A stretch of 63,165 nt of DNA, counting the filler, from Chiloscyllium plagiosum (Eukaryota), in NCBI RefSeq assembly GCF_004010195.1. It is 4 parts of one record of this genome, joined end to end, with 100 filler letters (N's around TTAATTAATTAA, not from the genome) between each part and the next. Parts side by side here need not be neighbours in the genome. Positions count along the whole stretch, not along the records: positions 29,776 to 50,176 come from NC_057712.1; positions 50,277 to 63,165 come from NC_057712.1; 2 more parts are not named here. The stretch is one strand, 5' to 3'. The notes beneath the pieces are model-generated. The model ran no database searches. It worked only from the letters and a program-made list of their open reading frames with translations, and was not told where the DNA came from. Below are positions 39,060 through 50,545 of this stretch, one piece after another. The position numbers and the translations under genes are program-made. Position 1 is the stretch's first letter; each line of letters opens with the position of its first letter.

Positions 39060-40320
39060 GTAGGTCACTGAGCAGCTAATCCAGAACTGCAGGTTATTGT
39101 TCTGGTGGCATGAGTTCAAACCCCATGATGACAGATGGTGAAATTTAAAACTCACTAAATGTCTATAATTAAAAGCAAGCAGAATTACAGCAATGTAAAT
39201 ATTGTCAATTACAAAACAAACCCATCTTGTTCAGTGATGTTGTTTCAGGAAGGAAACCTGCCATCATTACCTTGTCTGGCTTACATACGACTCCAGTGTC
39301 CTTGGTATTTGACTCTTAACTGCCTTCTGAAATGATGTAACAACCCATTCATTGTACCAGACCACTACAAAGTACAAGGAAAGGAATGAAGTCAAATGGA
39401 AGGCCCAAAATCATCCTAGGTCCTGGAAACAATGGCAACAAAAACAGCCCATCAGCTGTACAAAGTCCTCCTAATCAATAAGGTAAAAACAATGACTGCA
39501 GACGCTGGAAACCAGATTCTGGATTAGTGGTGCTGGAAGAGCACAGCAGTTCAGGCAGCATCCAAAGAGCAGCAAAATCGACGTTTCGGGCAAAAGCCTC
39601 CTAATCAATAGCTTGTGCAAAAATTGGGAAGAGTTATCCCACAAATTAGTCAAAAAACAAACTGACAATGTTATTCTTACAGAATCATTTTTTACTAACA
39701 ATGTCCCAAATACCTTGAACCTGTGAGATTATGTCCCTGGCAGAATAGACCCAGCAGGAGTGATAACTGATTTGAATATACTCAGGAAGAAGGCGTTGTC
39801 CTGGGAGTCCTAATATTAACTTCAAACCCCAGGACATCATATAGTGTCAGGTCAACCATTGGGATGGATGCCTTCTACTGATTATCCCATCCCAAACGCT
39901 CTCATCTCATAATTCACTACTCCTCCAGGTTTAAGGAGCTCCAGATGGAGCAAGCATTGAGGGTGTAAAGAGCACAAAATTGTACTGAGTGGGTGTTCAT
40001 AATGTCTGTCACCAAAAGTGGCTTGGTAACACCACTAATGACCAATTTCATTGTGTCCTAAAGGGCATAGCTGCCAGGTATGCAGCAGATGGTAAAGAAA
40101 CCAAGAGGGAAGAATTTACTTGAATTCATCTTCGCCAATCTCCCTATCCCAGATGCATCTGCCCATGACAGTAGTGGAAGGAGTGACCACTGAACAATCC
40201 CTGTGAAGACAAAGTACCATCTCCACATTGAAAATACTTTCCATCATTTTTTGTGGCACTACCACCATGATAAGTCGGATAGACTTTGAATAGACCTAGC
40301 AACTCACAATTGTACCTACT
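39060..40320 (+). mobile_element. 5' region (SINE-like head plus endonuclease start) of an L2/Crack-like LINE
   Basis: gagttcaaaccc B-box-like head; ELSHKLVKKQTDNVILTES and SDH-like endonuclease motifs; head-only copies at ~36110-36530 (-) and ~44810-45150 (-). Confidence 0.55.
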
Positions 40321-40483
40321 TTTCTTAAAATTTATTCATTTTCAATGTGGACAACACTCGCAATATCAAGTATTTATTGCCCAATCCTTAAAAAAATTGT
40401 GGTGAGTGATCTTCGTGAATCTCAAGAATACATATGGTGTACGTACACCCACAGTGATTTTAGGAATTGATTTCTACAGTTTT

Positions 40484-40795
40484 GGGGCAGCATGATAGCT
40501 CAGTGGTTAGCACTGCTGTCTCACAGCACCAGCATCCCAGGTTCGATTCCAGCCTCGGGTGACTGTCTGTGTGGAGTTTGCACAATCTCCCTGTGTCTGC
40601 GTGGGTTTCCTCTGGGTACTCCAGTTTCCTCCAAAGGTGTGCAGGCCAGGTGAATTGGCCATGCTAAATTGCCCATAGTATTAGTGGCATTAGTCAGAGG
40701 GAAATGGGTCTGGGTGGGTTACTCTTTGGAGAGTCGGTGTGGACTGGTTGGGCTGAAGGGCCTGTTTCCACACTGAAGAGGATCTAATCTAATCT
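40484..40795 (+). mobile_element. HE1-type V-SINE
   Basis: As other copies. Confidence 0.9.
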
Positions 40796-41199
40796 TAAAA
40801 AAAATCTTTGACTCATCTGTGGTATGTGACTAGTCACTTTGAAAGTGCATAACAAATGTCATTAATTATAAACAGGAAGGAGAAAGTACCCTTTCTGGCA
40901 TGTATCCTGTAAAATTTGCGATCCACCCCCAAAAACCGATAATGGCTCAATGATGATTGACCATCGAGCTAAGTGTGTTTGTCCAGAAAAATATCGAACA
41001 GACATAATATCAATGCTGCTGAGAATTAAGATGCAACATATTGATCAAATAGGTAGAACTTTAAAATCCAATCAATATGTTTCAAGTGGATGATGTGAAA
41101 ATAATTTTAACATATCTTATATCCAATATTATTTCAAAGTTTCTGCAAGCAAACTTCTACAATATCAAATGTTCCTTTACCAACAAAAATAACATCAGA

Positions 41200-42780
41200 T
41201 TGCATTTACATAGTGTTTTTAATGTAATGAATCATCCTAATACTTCATAGGCTACTGCAAAACAAAATTTGACGCTGAACTACAAAAGGGACTAATGCAA
41301 AGTCTTGCATAAAGAAATACATTTAATGTCTTAAAGGAGTAGGATGAAGGTAAAGAGGTTCTACGGTTTAGGGAAGAAATTCCAGAGCTCAGGATCTTGG
41401 TTGCTGAAGACACAGTTGCAAGTGGTGAAGTAATAACAATTTGGGCATGCAAAAGACCAGGTTTGGTGGAGCTCAAAGGCCTCTGAGGGTTATAGAGCTG
41501 GAGAAAGGGGGAGATGAGACCACTGAAGTATTGGTAACCAAGAATGAAATATTTTATAATTGAAACCTTGTTGCAGTAGAAGCTAATGAAGGGCACAGGA
41601 CTAATGGGTGATGTTGTATGAACTAGGACTTGAGCAGCAAAACTTTGAATGGGCTGGTGTTTAATAATGGCAGAAGATAAAATGTCGGCCGGGGAGTATT
41701 GGAATATTCAAGTTTGGAAAAAGAAATGGATAGGAATTCCTTCATAAGAGCAGCTGAGGCAAGGTGAAGATGGGGAGCATAAGAAGAGTGGAAATTAGTC
41801 AACTTTGGTGGCAAAGAAGATATGGGGTTGGAAGCTCAGCTTAAGGTTAGACAAAATTTTTTAAGATATGAACAGTGCAGATAAAGCTCAGACAGTTGCC
41901 AGAGTGTTATTGGCTATAAAACAGCAGGAATTAAAAATAAGAGCGTCAGCCTTTCAAATACTTAAATTGAGGAATTTTACATCCAAGAAGCCATGGATAA
42001 ATCTTGAAGGTCACCAGAGATAACATTGTTGAAGCAAAAAGAGAACTTGCATACTATTCCCTGCCTGCAACAGAGTAGACACGAACAAAACCAAACAGGT
42101 ACAGTTCCACCTCATCGAGTCCAGAAGAGGCATTTGAGGAGACACTGAGGCCAAGCATCAATCGTACAAATATTGCAGACAGGTTGGGAAGAATGTAGAG
42201 GAATCGTTCACTAGTCTTATGGGCATTTAGAATGTCATTTGAGAGATTGTTACAGGCTATTTCAGTGATGTGGCAAGGATAAAACCCTGACTGGAAAGAT
42301 TTAAATGTGGAATTACAGGAAGATGGACATAGGTTTGGAAGGGGAGAACATATTTAAGGACTTTGACATAGAAAGGGAAATTGGGATTGAGGTGGCAATT
42401 TACAAGAATGAGATCAAAGGCAAGAATTTTAAGGGAAAACAAATTGAAATTGGTCAGGCACAGAACCAGAGAAGAGAAAGGTGTTAAACATATCAACTGA
42501 CATGGGAATGAAGAAGTGAAGTTAGTTGGTCAGCGGTTTATTGGAAATAGGGTGAAAAAGATGGGCTTCATAGATACAGCTTGGGCAGGGGATGAGGAGA
42601 GTGAGAAAAGAAACTCAAACCCAGCTGGTCTTAGCTAACAGGGGGACATTGTAGAAAGATTTACCCGGTGGGCTAAATAAAGAAAGGAAAGGGAACTATA
42701 GAAGCAGCTCAACAGTGCCAAACTTACTGAAAAAGCCTGTTAGCTCTTCACATTTTTTGGTAATGAGGATGGAGTGGAGA
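41200..42780 (-). mobile_element. Ancient L2 LINE remnant
   Basis: ttgcatttacatagtg 3' end and gaaattccagagc (antisense LWNSL-like); purine-rich + strand. Confidence 0.55.
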
Positions 42781-43803
42781 GGCGTTTTGAAAGACCATTA
42801 ATTTGAAATCAATCCTTTTCTTACATACCAAGAATTTTCCATTCTTCCAGATTTCCAATATTCTCACTGTACAATATGCAACAATATGAGAAATTTATAA
42901 TATTGCAATTCATGTGGGCATCAAGTATTGCTGGATGAAGTTTACACATTGAGCTTACATCTTGAAGACAAATCTCTGGTCCATTCTAGTTTTGAAAAAT
43001 CTTTGCTCCTGTAGGGGAAATACTCCTCAGTAATTCATATACATTACGTTGGCTGTTATTTTGCATTTACAGAATCACAGAATTGTTACAACAGAAATTG
43101 TAACCATTTGGCCCATTGTGGATTTGTTCAGGATAAGCAATTTGATATAGTGTACAAATAAGTTTAGAGGTCTTGTGGTGGAGTGGGAAAGGCCTTTGCC
43201 TCTGTGCCAAGGGCATTGGGATGACGTCCTCCTGTTGGGCTCAATAGCTAAGGAATTAACTATTGATCACAAAGTCAAACATATTGAGTGCCTACTTGCA
43301 AATCCTTCCAACACATGCCAATGGCAGGCAGTAAATGCAAGACAGAACTTGGTCATCCATGAACATTGAGTCTCAATCATCATTATCCACAGTTCCAGAT
43401 TATAACACATAACATGTAATGTAAAAAAGATGGTTACCGCAGGAACTTGAACTCCCTACAGAAACTGCAATCCACCACCAACACAGATAGAATTTCTCTC
43501 ATTCAATGAAGAGAAAGAGAGAATATGCAATGTTAGAGATTTTGCGATATTCATTGCTTTCTAGTCTCATGATACTTTTTTAGATTCTGCCAATAAATAA
43601 ATAAATTGATTTGATTTTATAATCTACTTTTTGAAAGAATCTTCAAATAACGTTCGGAATAATCAATAAACATCCTTTCATCATTGTGGTTGATCTCAAC
43701 AACATTTTGGAGATACAAAAATTTCTAATTATAGAGAAAAATAAAATTAAGTGGAATTGGCTATTTGCAGTGTGTACCAAATGGTGGCTACTACTGAATG
43801 ATA

Positions 43804-44190
43804 GGAGAAAGTGAGGACTGCAGATGCTGGAGATCAGAGCTGAAAATGTGTTGCTGGAAAAGCGCAACAGGTCAGGCAGCATCCAAGGAGCAGGAAAATC
43901 GATGTTTCGGGCATGAGCCCTTCTTCAGGATTCTTGCCCACCCTCTGACGATATTCAACCAGGATTCTCGCCCACCCTCTGACGATCTTCAACCAGGATT
44001 CTCGCCCACCCTCTGATGACCCCTTCCCCCGCCTCCAACACACCCCATCCACCTGGACACCCCGTGCTGGCCTCTTACCTGCCCTCGATCTTTTCCTGAA
44101 GAAGGGCTCATGCCCGAAATGTCAATTCTCCTGCTCCTTGGATGCTGCCTGACCTGCTGCGCTTTTCCAGCAACACATTTTCAGCTCTAA
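43804..44190. mobile_element. Inverted PLE pseudo-LTR pair enclosing a captured internal fragment; 12-bp TSD
   Basis: TSD TACTGAATGATA at 43792-43803 and 44191-44202; three copies of caggattctcgcccaccctctga inside. Confidence 0.88.
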
Positions 44191-46148
44191 TACTGAATGA
44201 TAACATGGTAATGCTTAAGATAACAAATAGCTCAATAATTGAAATATTACTGCATAACATGAAATGTGTCAATATGTTGAATAAATGTGTTAAAGAATTT
44301 CCTAGCCTATAAAATTTAAAATATGAATTTTAATTTAGAATAAAAGAGGGCACAAATGCAAGTTTCCAAATACAGCTTCAATATGGCAACTCATCTTTTT
44401 TCATTCAGATATTCAAAATAATACACTCAACAGCTCCACAATCAGAAAAATTGGAAAAATCAACAGAATCCACAAAAGGTTAAGGTAATATTGTCACTGT
44501 AATTACAAGTAAAATCAAATTAGTTCACTTAATGAATACATTTACATTTCTTCTGCAGAGCAAAATGCCAGTAAGGTTCAAGCGAAACATAAAATTTAAA
44601 TATCTAACAAGTCTTTTAATGCCTTGTTAGCATTAAATGCTTGTATGCATTCATTTAGTTGCTCAGAAAATATGCACTAAATAAAGGTGAATCAGATCAG
44701 TGACCACTGGTCATAATTGAGGGGGGGGAGAGGAGGAGGAGGTGAGGTAAAATATTTCCAGAAGAATGTTCACTAATACAACGTATGGACTTTTTAAAAA
44801 TGTGCTTATGTGACGTGGATGTTGCTGACAAGGCTGGTATTTAATAGCTATTCTTGAGCTTGTAATGGTGAGTGACTGGCTTGTTAGCCCATTTGAGGGC
44901 AGTTAAGAGCCAACCACATTTGATTTTGAAATCAAATTTAGATGAGACTGGGCAAGCAATGGAAAATTTCTTTACATTAGTGATCAGTTGTGTTTTAGCA
45001 ACAATCCGCAAGTTTCGTCATTAATGATACTAACTTTTTTCTCCAGATTTTAGTTAATTAATAGAACTTAACTTCCTCAACTGGGATTTGAATTCATGTT
45101 TGCAAGGCATTTATCCAGACCTGTGGATTATTAATCCAGTAATATAACTACTAAATTCTGTGCCCCTAGTGATTGGATTGGCCATGATATTTCTGTTTTT
45201 GAGGGCAATGGAAAGTGTATAAGTCTACAAATTGATACATAGGGTATTAACCTTCCCATATGTTACAAACCTCACTGCAACCCAAGACAACAACTGAATT
45301 GGCACTAGGAACAGCTAAACATGTGCACTTGGCCAGCATTGCACACATTGGAAGGAAAAATCTCAGGAGTGACAAACTAGTGATTTTTTAAACAGGTTTT
45401 CTGCAAATATTAATATTGTTGGATGTGCAATTTTATTGATAATAATTGATGTACTTCCAGTATCTGAAGATCATTTGCTGCAACATGCACCATGTTAACC
45501 TTCTGTGAGAATTACGGACATCACACTAAATAACATTGACAGATGGGGCTGACAAAAATAAATAACCAAACCTGACAAATAGCACATGAATGTCCTTTAC
45601 TTATTGCATTTTTCTCATACAGCCAAAGGTCAGTGGGACATTGAACCTATTGATCTTCTCGACTCACACTGACTCTAAGTACTGCATTTACACAATAAGG
45701 CAGAGGGTATCAAAGGTTGAGCTCTTTCCATCACTTTCAGCACCTTGCATAACCCACTGATCAGTGGGTGTGGGAAGTGAATGTTCTTTGGATGAAACTT
45801 GAGAGAAGGGAAGGGAAACTGTTCCTGCGGTCCTATTTTTATTGAACCACCAGGATAGCATAAAAAGAAAGGTAATTCAGTGGTGTAGACCACCACTGAA
45901 AACAGCAAATGCTGGAGATCACAGCGGGGCAGACAGTATCCACGGAGAGAGAGCAAGCTAATACCTTGCATCTAGTTCACCACCCCTTTTCAACTCTTAG
46001 TGCCCAAGAAACCAGATCTTGAAGCTTTAATGTTCAGTGTTGCTGCATTCTTCTTTGCAGTGTAAGATTGGTCCTTACTGCTGACCATGTTGTCTCTGAC
46101 TGCACTAGCATATGTTGAAGTGCTGACACATCCTGCTGACAAATTGTG

Positions 46149-46372
46149 GAATCTGCACTGGAGAATCTCTCTCACCTTTGGTCTCCTGCGAGTGGGAAGG
46201 GAAATTGCGGTCTCTAGAGAAGGAGGCCATCTGGTGTGTTCTATGGTGGAACCGCTCCTCCTGGGAGCAGATACGGCGGAGGCGGAGGAATTGGGAATAC
46301 GGGATGGCATTTTTGCAAGACCTGGTCAGGAGAATCTGCACTGGAGAATCTCTCTCACCTTTGGTCTCCTGC
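46149..46372. repeat. 41-bp perfect direct repeat flanking a 142-bp antisense PLE RT fragment
   Basis: 46149-46189 = 46332-46372; the insert encodes CKNAIPYSQFLRLRRICSQEERF on the - strand. Confidence 0.9.
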
Positions 46373-46459
46373 AACTTGTGTGTGCATGCAATCACTTAAT
46401 TCCTGATGTAAATGATGTACTGCCATCCCCAAGGGACTAATTTCCTGCCATTCAGAACT

Positions 46460-47385
46460 GTGATCACCCATATGGTTTAGGAAAATGTGTTTTTTTTTCA
46501 ATAATGCAACATCCATTTCAAACCAAAGCAGGCCGGGAACTATTCTAGAAAAGGGCTAGGTGGTTTACTGATTATAATACCTTAGGTTCCAAGAAATACA
46601 CATGTGACTGGGTGCTGCCATGAAAATAAACAGCTCAGAACTAAAGGGTAAATTGAAAGTTAATTGCAGTGGGGTTCGATCAGCCAACGTTTCTGGCAGT
46701 TTTTGGCAGTTCAGAGTACACTAAGAATTTTGGAAGAGAGAATTTTGCTTGGCAGTTTTAAAAACGATTCTGGTATTGAGGCAGCAGTCAGAGTAGAGAA
46801 TTTAGCATCACACTGTGCATTATACAGTTGGAAAGGATGTAACACTGAAGAAAGGAAGACCAAGAGATTGTGGATTGGACAATACCCATTGTTGTTCTTT
46901 TATCGTAGATTCGGCCTGCTAGCCTGTGTAATGAAGTCAGAGAAAGGAATCTCTGGGATTCTATTGTGACTGTCATGAATCAAGTAAGGGTTTGTAGAGG
47001 CATACCTCATCAGTGGTAACCTGGCCCAGAGACTTCAACTAGAATATAGCTTTTGGTGATTGCAACTCTTGGGTGAGAACAACTGGATGGGAAGTGAATA
47101 TAGTACAAAAAGTACTAAGTGTGCGATTGCACATGATCCTACATTTGTATTGGAAGTAATGTGAGTGCTCTTAGCTATGTGATGCATATCCTTGTTGAAT
47201 CAACTATTTATAGTGAGATTTATCTTTTTATTTCAAATATCCATTCCCTTGTAATTAATGTTTGAAATAAAATGTTTGATGCAGTAAAAGTTTTAAATCA
47301 TAAAATATTTTCCTTGACTTTTTCTTGGACTATGTGGAGATACTTTAATTTTAAAAGTTATCAGTGTTCACGCAAGTCAGTAAAA
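46460..47385 (+). mobile_element. Possible old solo LTR
   Basis: Starts TGTGA, has AATAAA near 47267 and an LTR-like AT-rich 3' part; ends are degenerate. Confidence 0.35.
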
Positions 47386-47749
47386 ATTGTCCAGCATCAC
47401 AAAATACTGAAGCAGGAAAATGGGCAGACTTGAATTTTACAGAATTCAAAGCAGGTTTTCACATTTCCTGTTGCTGTATACAGTGATAATCAACATCACC
47501 ACCTCGAATGACCTTCTGGGGAAGAGATTTACCTCTGCTTTATTTGACATGAATGTGCATATAAACAGAATTTCATTTTCCTGGGGTTTGGTCTATTTCC
47601 TATTGCTCTTTGTACATTCAAAACTATCAGTCTCTGCCTGTTAGCAGATCTTCCTCATTTCACAGCTCAGGAATCTGTGAATTGACCAGTCGTAATATTT
47701 CTTTAAACAAACATGCATTTACATCTGAACTTTCAGTGAGGGCCAGTCG

Positions 47750-48160
47750 ATTACACCTTTGGTTTCAAGTCAGAAGTTGTGGGATCAAGTCCCATCCCAG
47801 GATATGAGCAAAAATGCCTAGGCTGAATCTCCTGTGCAGCACAGTGAAGTGTTATGTAGTGGAGGTGCTCTCTTTTGGATTAAAATGAGGCCCCGTGTCC
47901 CTTCTTAGGTGGATACAAAATATATCAAGGCACTATTTTGAAAAAAGATAAAAATATTATCCCAGAGGTCCTGGGAAATAGTTTTCCTTAAAGTCATGAA
48001 AATTGATTAATTATACATTTTTTGGGAGTTTACTATATGGAAATTGACTGCCATGATTTCCACATTACAACAGTGACCACATATCAAATGTTTTTCACTG
48101 GTTTTAAAGTGCTGAGTTATCTGATCATAAAATCCATTGTATAAGTTTGAGTCTCTCTTT
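47750..48160 (+). mobile_element. Deu-domain SINE (SacSINE1/AmnSINE1-like)
   Basis: tRNA-like head (tcagaagttgtgggatcaagtccc), gaggcccc...tcaaggcactatttt...gtcctggg core, aaattgactgcc, L2-like tail. Confidence 0.65.
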
Positions 48161-48636
48161 ATTACAATCAGCTGTGCGTTCAAGGAGAGAGAACAAGAAC
48201 TTTCCAAATTCAATTTCCTGACAGGGGTCTCTTTATTAATGCACTGAGAAAAAGGGGTAAAACATTAAACTTGATCTTTTCCATCTGCTCTCTTTATCAT
48301 TGATTGTTCACTGCACTAACAAACATGGCTGGGGTGTTGGACCAGAAGTTCTTAGTGTATGAGAGGCATGGTAGTTACGTTGACTGGAAGTTTCTGTTCT
48401 TTGAGAGTAAGTGTGGAGGTGGATGTGAAAGTGGGAGGGTTGGACTTTCTCATGCAACTGCATTCTTCTCAGCAGTTAAAATGTCAAAAATCACGGATAG
48501 CAAGTTCTGACATTTGCCTGGACCTTCTGAGTGCCATCCTTAAAAGGCAACCAGCAACAATCTACTTTCAGTAAACCAATAGAATCCCTCAGTCTCTGTT
48601 CATCACTCCCACACACACACACACCTAGAGATGTTA

Positions 48637-48865
48637 GAGTGCAGGCCAAAAGTGGCACCATGCCTTAGCAACACCTCTCGAGTCTCTGTCCAGGAGAGAA
48701 GGGAAGTAGTTTTCCCTATGGACGGCAGCAGCAGGCCTTGCTCTGGAGACAGAAGGTGGTAGCCCAGACCGAGCTGGCTGCAGAAGTCAGCACCTTTGGG
48801 TAACTCAGGAGAACCCCAGCTCCAATACTGTAAGAGGTTGAATAGTCTGCTGCATTCTGTAAGTG
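48637..48865 (+). pseudogene. Decayed Harbinger-type Myb/SANT-like exon
   Basis: RPKVAPCLSNTS..VQERREVVFPMDGSSRP...LAAEVS...LQYCKRLNSLLHS followed by GTAAGT donor (48859-48864). Confidence 0.6.
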
Positions 48866-48973
48866 TATGTATCATTGTCTACTCAATGCTTCATGCTTCT
48901 AGCAGCATCAGCATAGAAAGGCTGCTACTGCACAGGGCTGTCACAGAGAAGGTAGGAAGCTAGGTATTTCCAT

Positions 48974-49771
48974 TGTTATGGTCTAGGCCAAACCTTTCAA
49001 AATACATTCAGAAAGTGGTCTAGATCCTAACTTTGTTTTATTTTAAAGGTAAATATAAGGTATTGTATTCCAGTTGTAATTCAATTGGTCAAACTATTCA
49101 ACATTAAGCAAAACACACTTTATTCATACATTATAGTTAAAATACAACAAAAGAAATAAGAAATTGGAATAACTTAACTCTATTGGAAAGCTTAACAGAA
49201 TAATAGATTATTTAACTACTAAACAGTAACTGTCCCAATATAGTAACACTGCATAAACACATTCTTGACAAAGGCAAATTCAAAAAACAGGTTGTCTCAC
49301 ATCCAACTCCAGGAGGGAAAAAAATAAACATCAAGAGAAAACTCTGAGAGAGAGTGTAACAGGGAGAGATGTACTGCAGCTTCCAAACCTGCCTGACAAC
49401 CTAGACACAACTGCTACTTGAAAACTAAAACTAAAAGTCCCGAATAAATACCAAAAGAATTGCGGATGCTATAAATCAGAAACAAAGCTAGAAATTGTTG
49501 GAAAGGTCACTGGACCTGAAACATTAACTCTGATTGCTCTTCACAGATGCTGCCAGACCTGCTGAGCTTTCTCAACAACTGAAAATCCTGGTTCTGTGGC
49601 AGCATACCCCATCCACTCAGCCTGCTTCTATTGTTCCAACTTAAAAAAATCCCGGGGCCTCACATGCTGCTTACTTTATAGATTTTCAATGGATAACTTG
49701 TAAGTTCTGTCTTCAAACATCTCTTCTAAAAAAGGAGAAAATACACCTCTGCAAGCCATAGTACCATCCCG
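48974..49771 (-). mobile_element. Solo LTR with nested short pseudo-LTR insert (~49445-49580)
   Basis: TGTTATG start; candidate TSD CCAT at 48970-48973 and 49772-49775; TTTATT (antisense AATAAA). Confidence 0.6.
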
Positions 49772-49945
49772 CCATCAGATACTCCTGCAATCTAAGTCTA
49801 CCGCATCATTACAGTTACAACTGTAGAACTGCTGACACCACAATGGCATTACTCTTTTACATATCTGCCAGTGTTCATACTTAAAACATAAAAGGAGCTA
49901 TAATATTCAGCAGCTTGCTCACCATCAGGTCACTGACCTTTCATG

Positions 49946-50176
49946 GAGAAAGTGAGGTCTGCAGATGCTGGAGATCAGAGCTGAAAATGTGTTGCTGGAA
50001 AAGCGCAGCAGGTCAGGCAGCATCCAGGGAACAGAAGAATCGACGTTTCGGGCATAAGCCCTTCTTCAGGAATTCAGGATTCCTGAAGAAGGGCTTATGC
50101 CCGAAACATCGATTCTCCTGTTCCCTGGATGCTGCCTGACCTGCTGCGCTTTTCCAGCAACACATTTTCAGCTCTG
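49946..50176. mobile_element. Near-perfect palindromic PLE pseudo-LTR doublet with two opposed hammerhead motifs
   Basis: Arms mirror around cttcaggaattcaggattcctgaag (~50064-50088); runs into a gap. Confidence 0.9.
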
Positions 50177-50276
50177 NNNNNNNNNNNNNNNNNNNNNNNN
50201 NNNNNNNNNNNNNNNNNNNNTTAATTAATTAANNNNNNNNNNNNNNNNNNNNNNNNNNNNNNNNNNNNNNNNNNNN
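50177..50276. other. Artificial gap spacer N44-TTAATTAATTAA-N44
   Basis: Same structure as the other two. Confidence 0.95.
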
Positions 50277-50545
50277 CTTCCTGACCTCTCCGCCCCCACC
50301 CCACTCCGGCCTATCACCCTCACCTTGACCTCCCTCCACCTATCGCATTTCCAAAGCCCCTCACCCAAGTCCCTCCTCCCTACCTTTTATCTTAGCCTGC
50401 TGGACACACTTTCCTCATTCCTGAAGAAGGGCTTATGCACGAAACGTTGCTTCTCCTGTTCCTTGGATGCTGCCTGACCTGCTGCGCTTTTCCAGCAACA
50501 CATTTTCAGCTCTGATCTCCAGCATCTGCGGCCCTCACTTTCTCT
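50277..50545 (+). mobile_element. PLE 3' pseudo-LTR
   Basis: Reverse complement of 20593-20830; CTGAAGA core at 50421. Confidence 0.88.

Noticed and set aside
43925..44020. Repeat-spacer-like triplet resembling a CRISPR mini-array
   Set aside because: Eukaryotic context, near-identical spacers, PLE-derived unit, no cas genes
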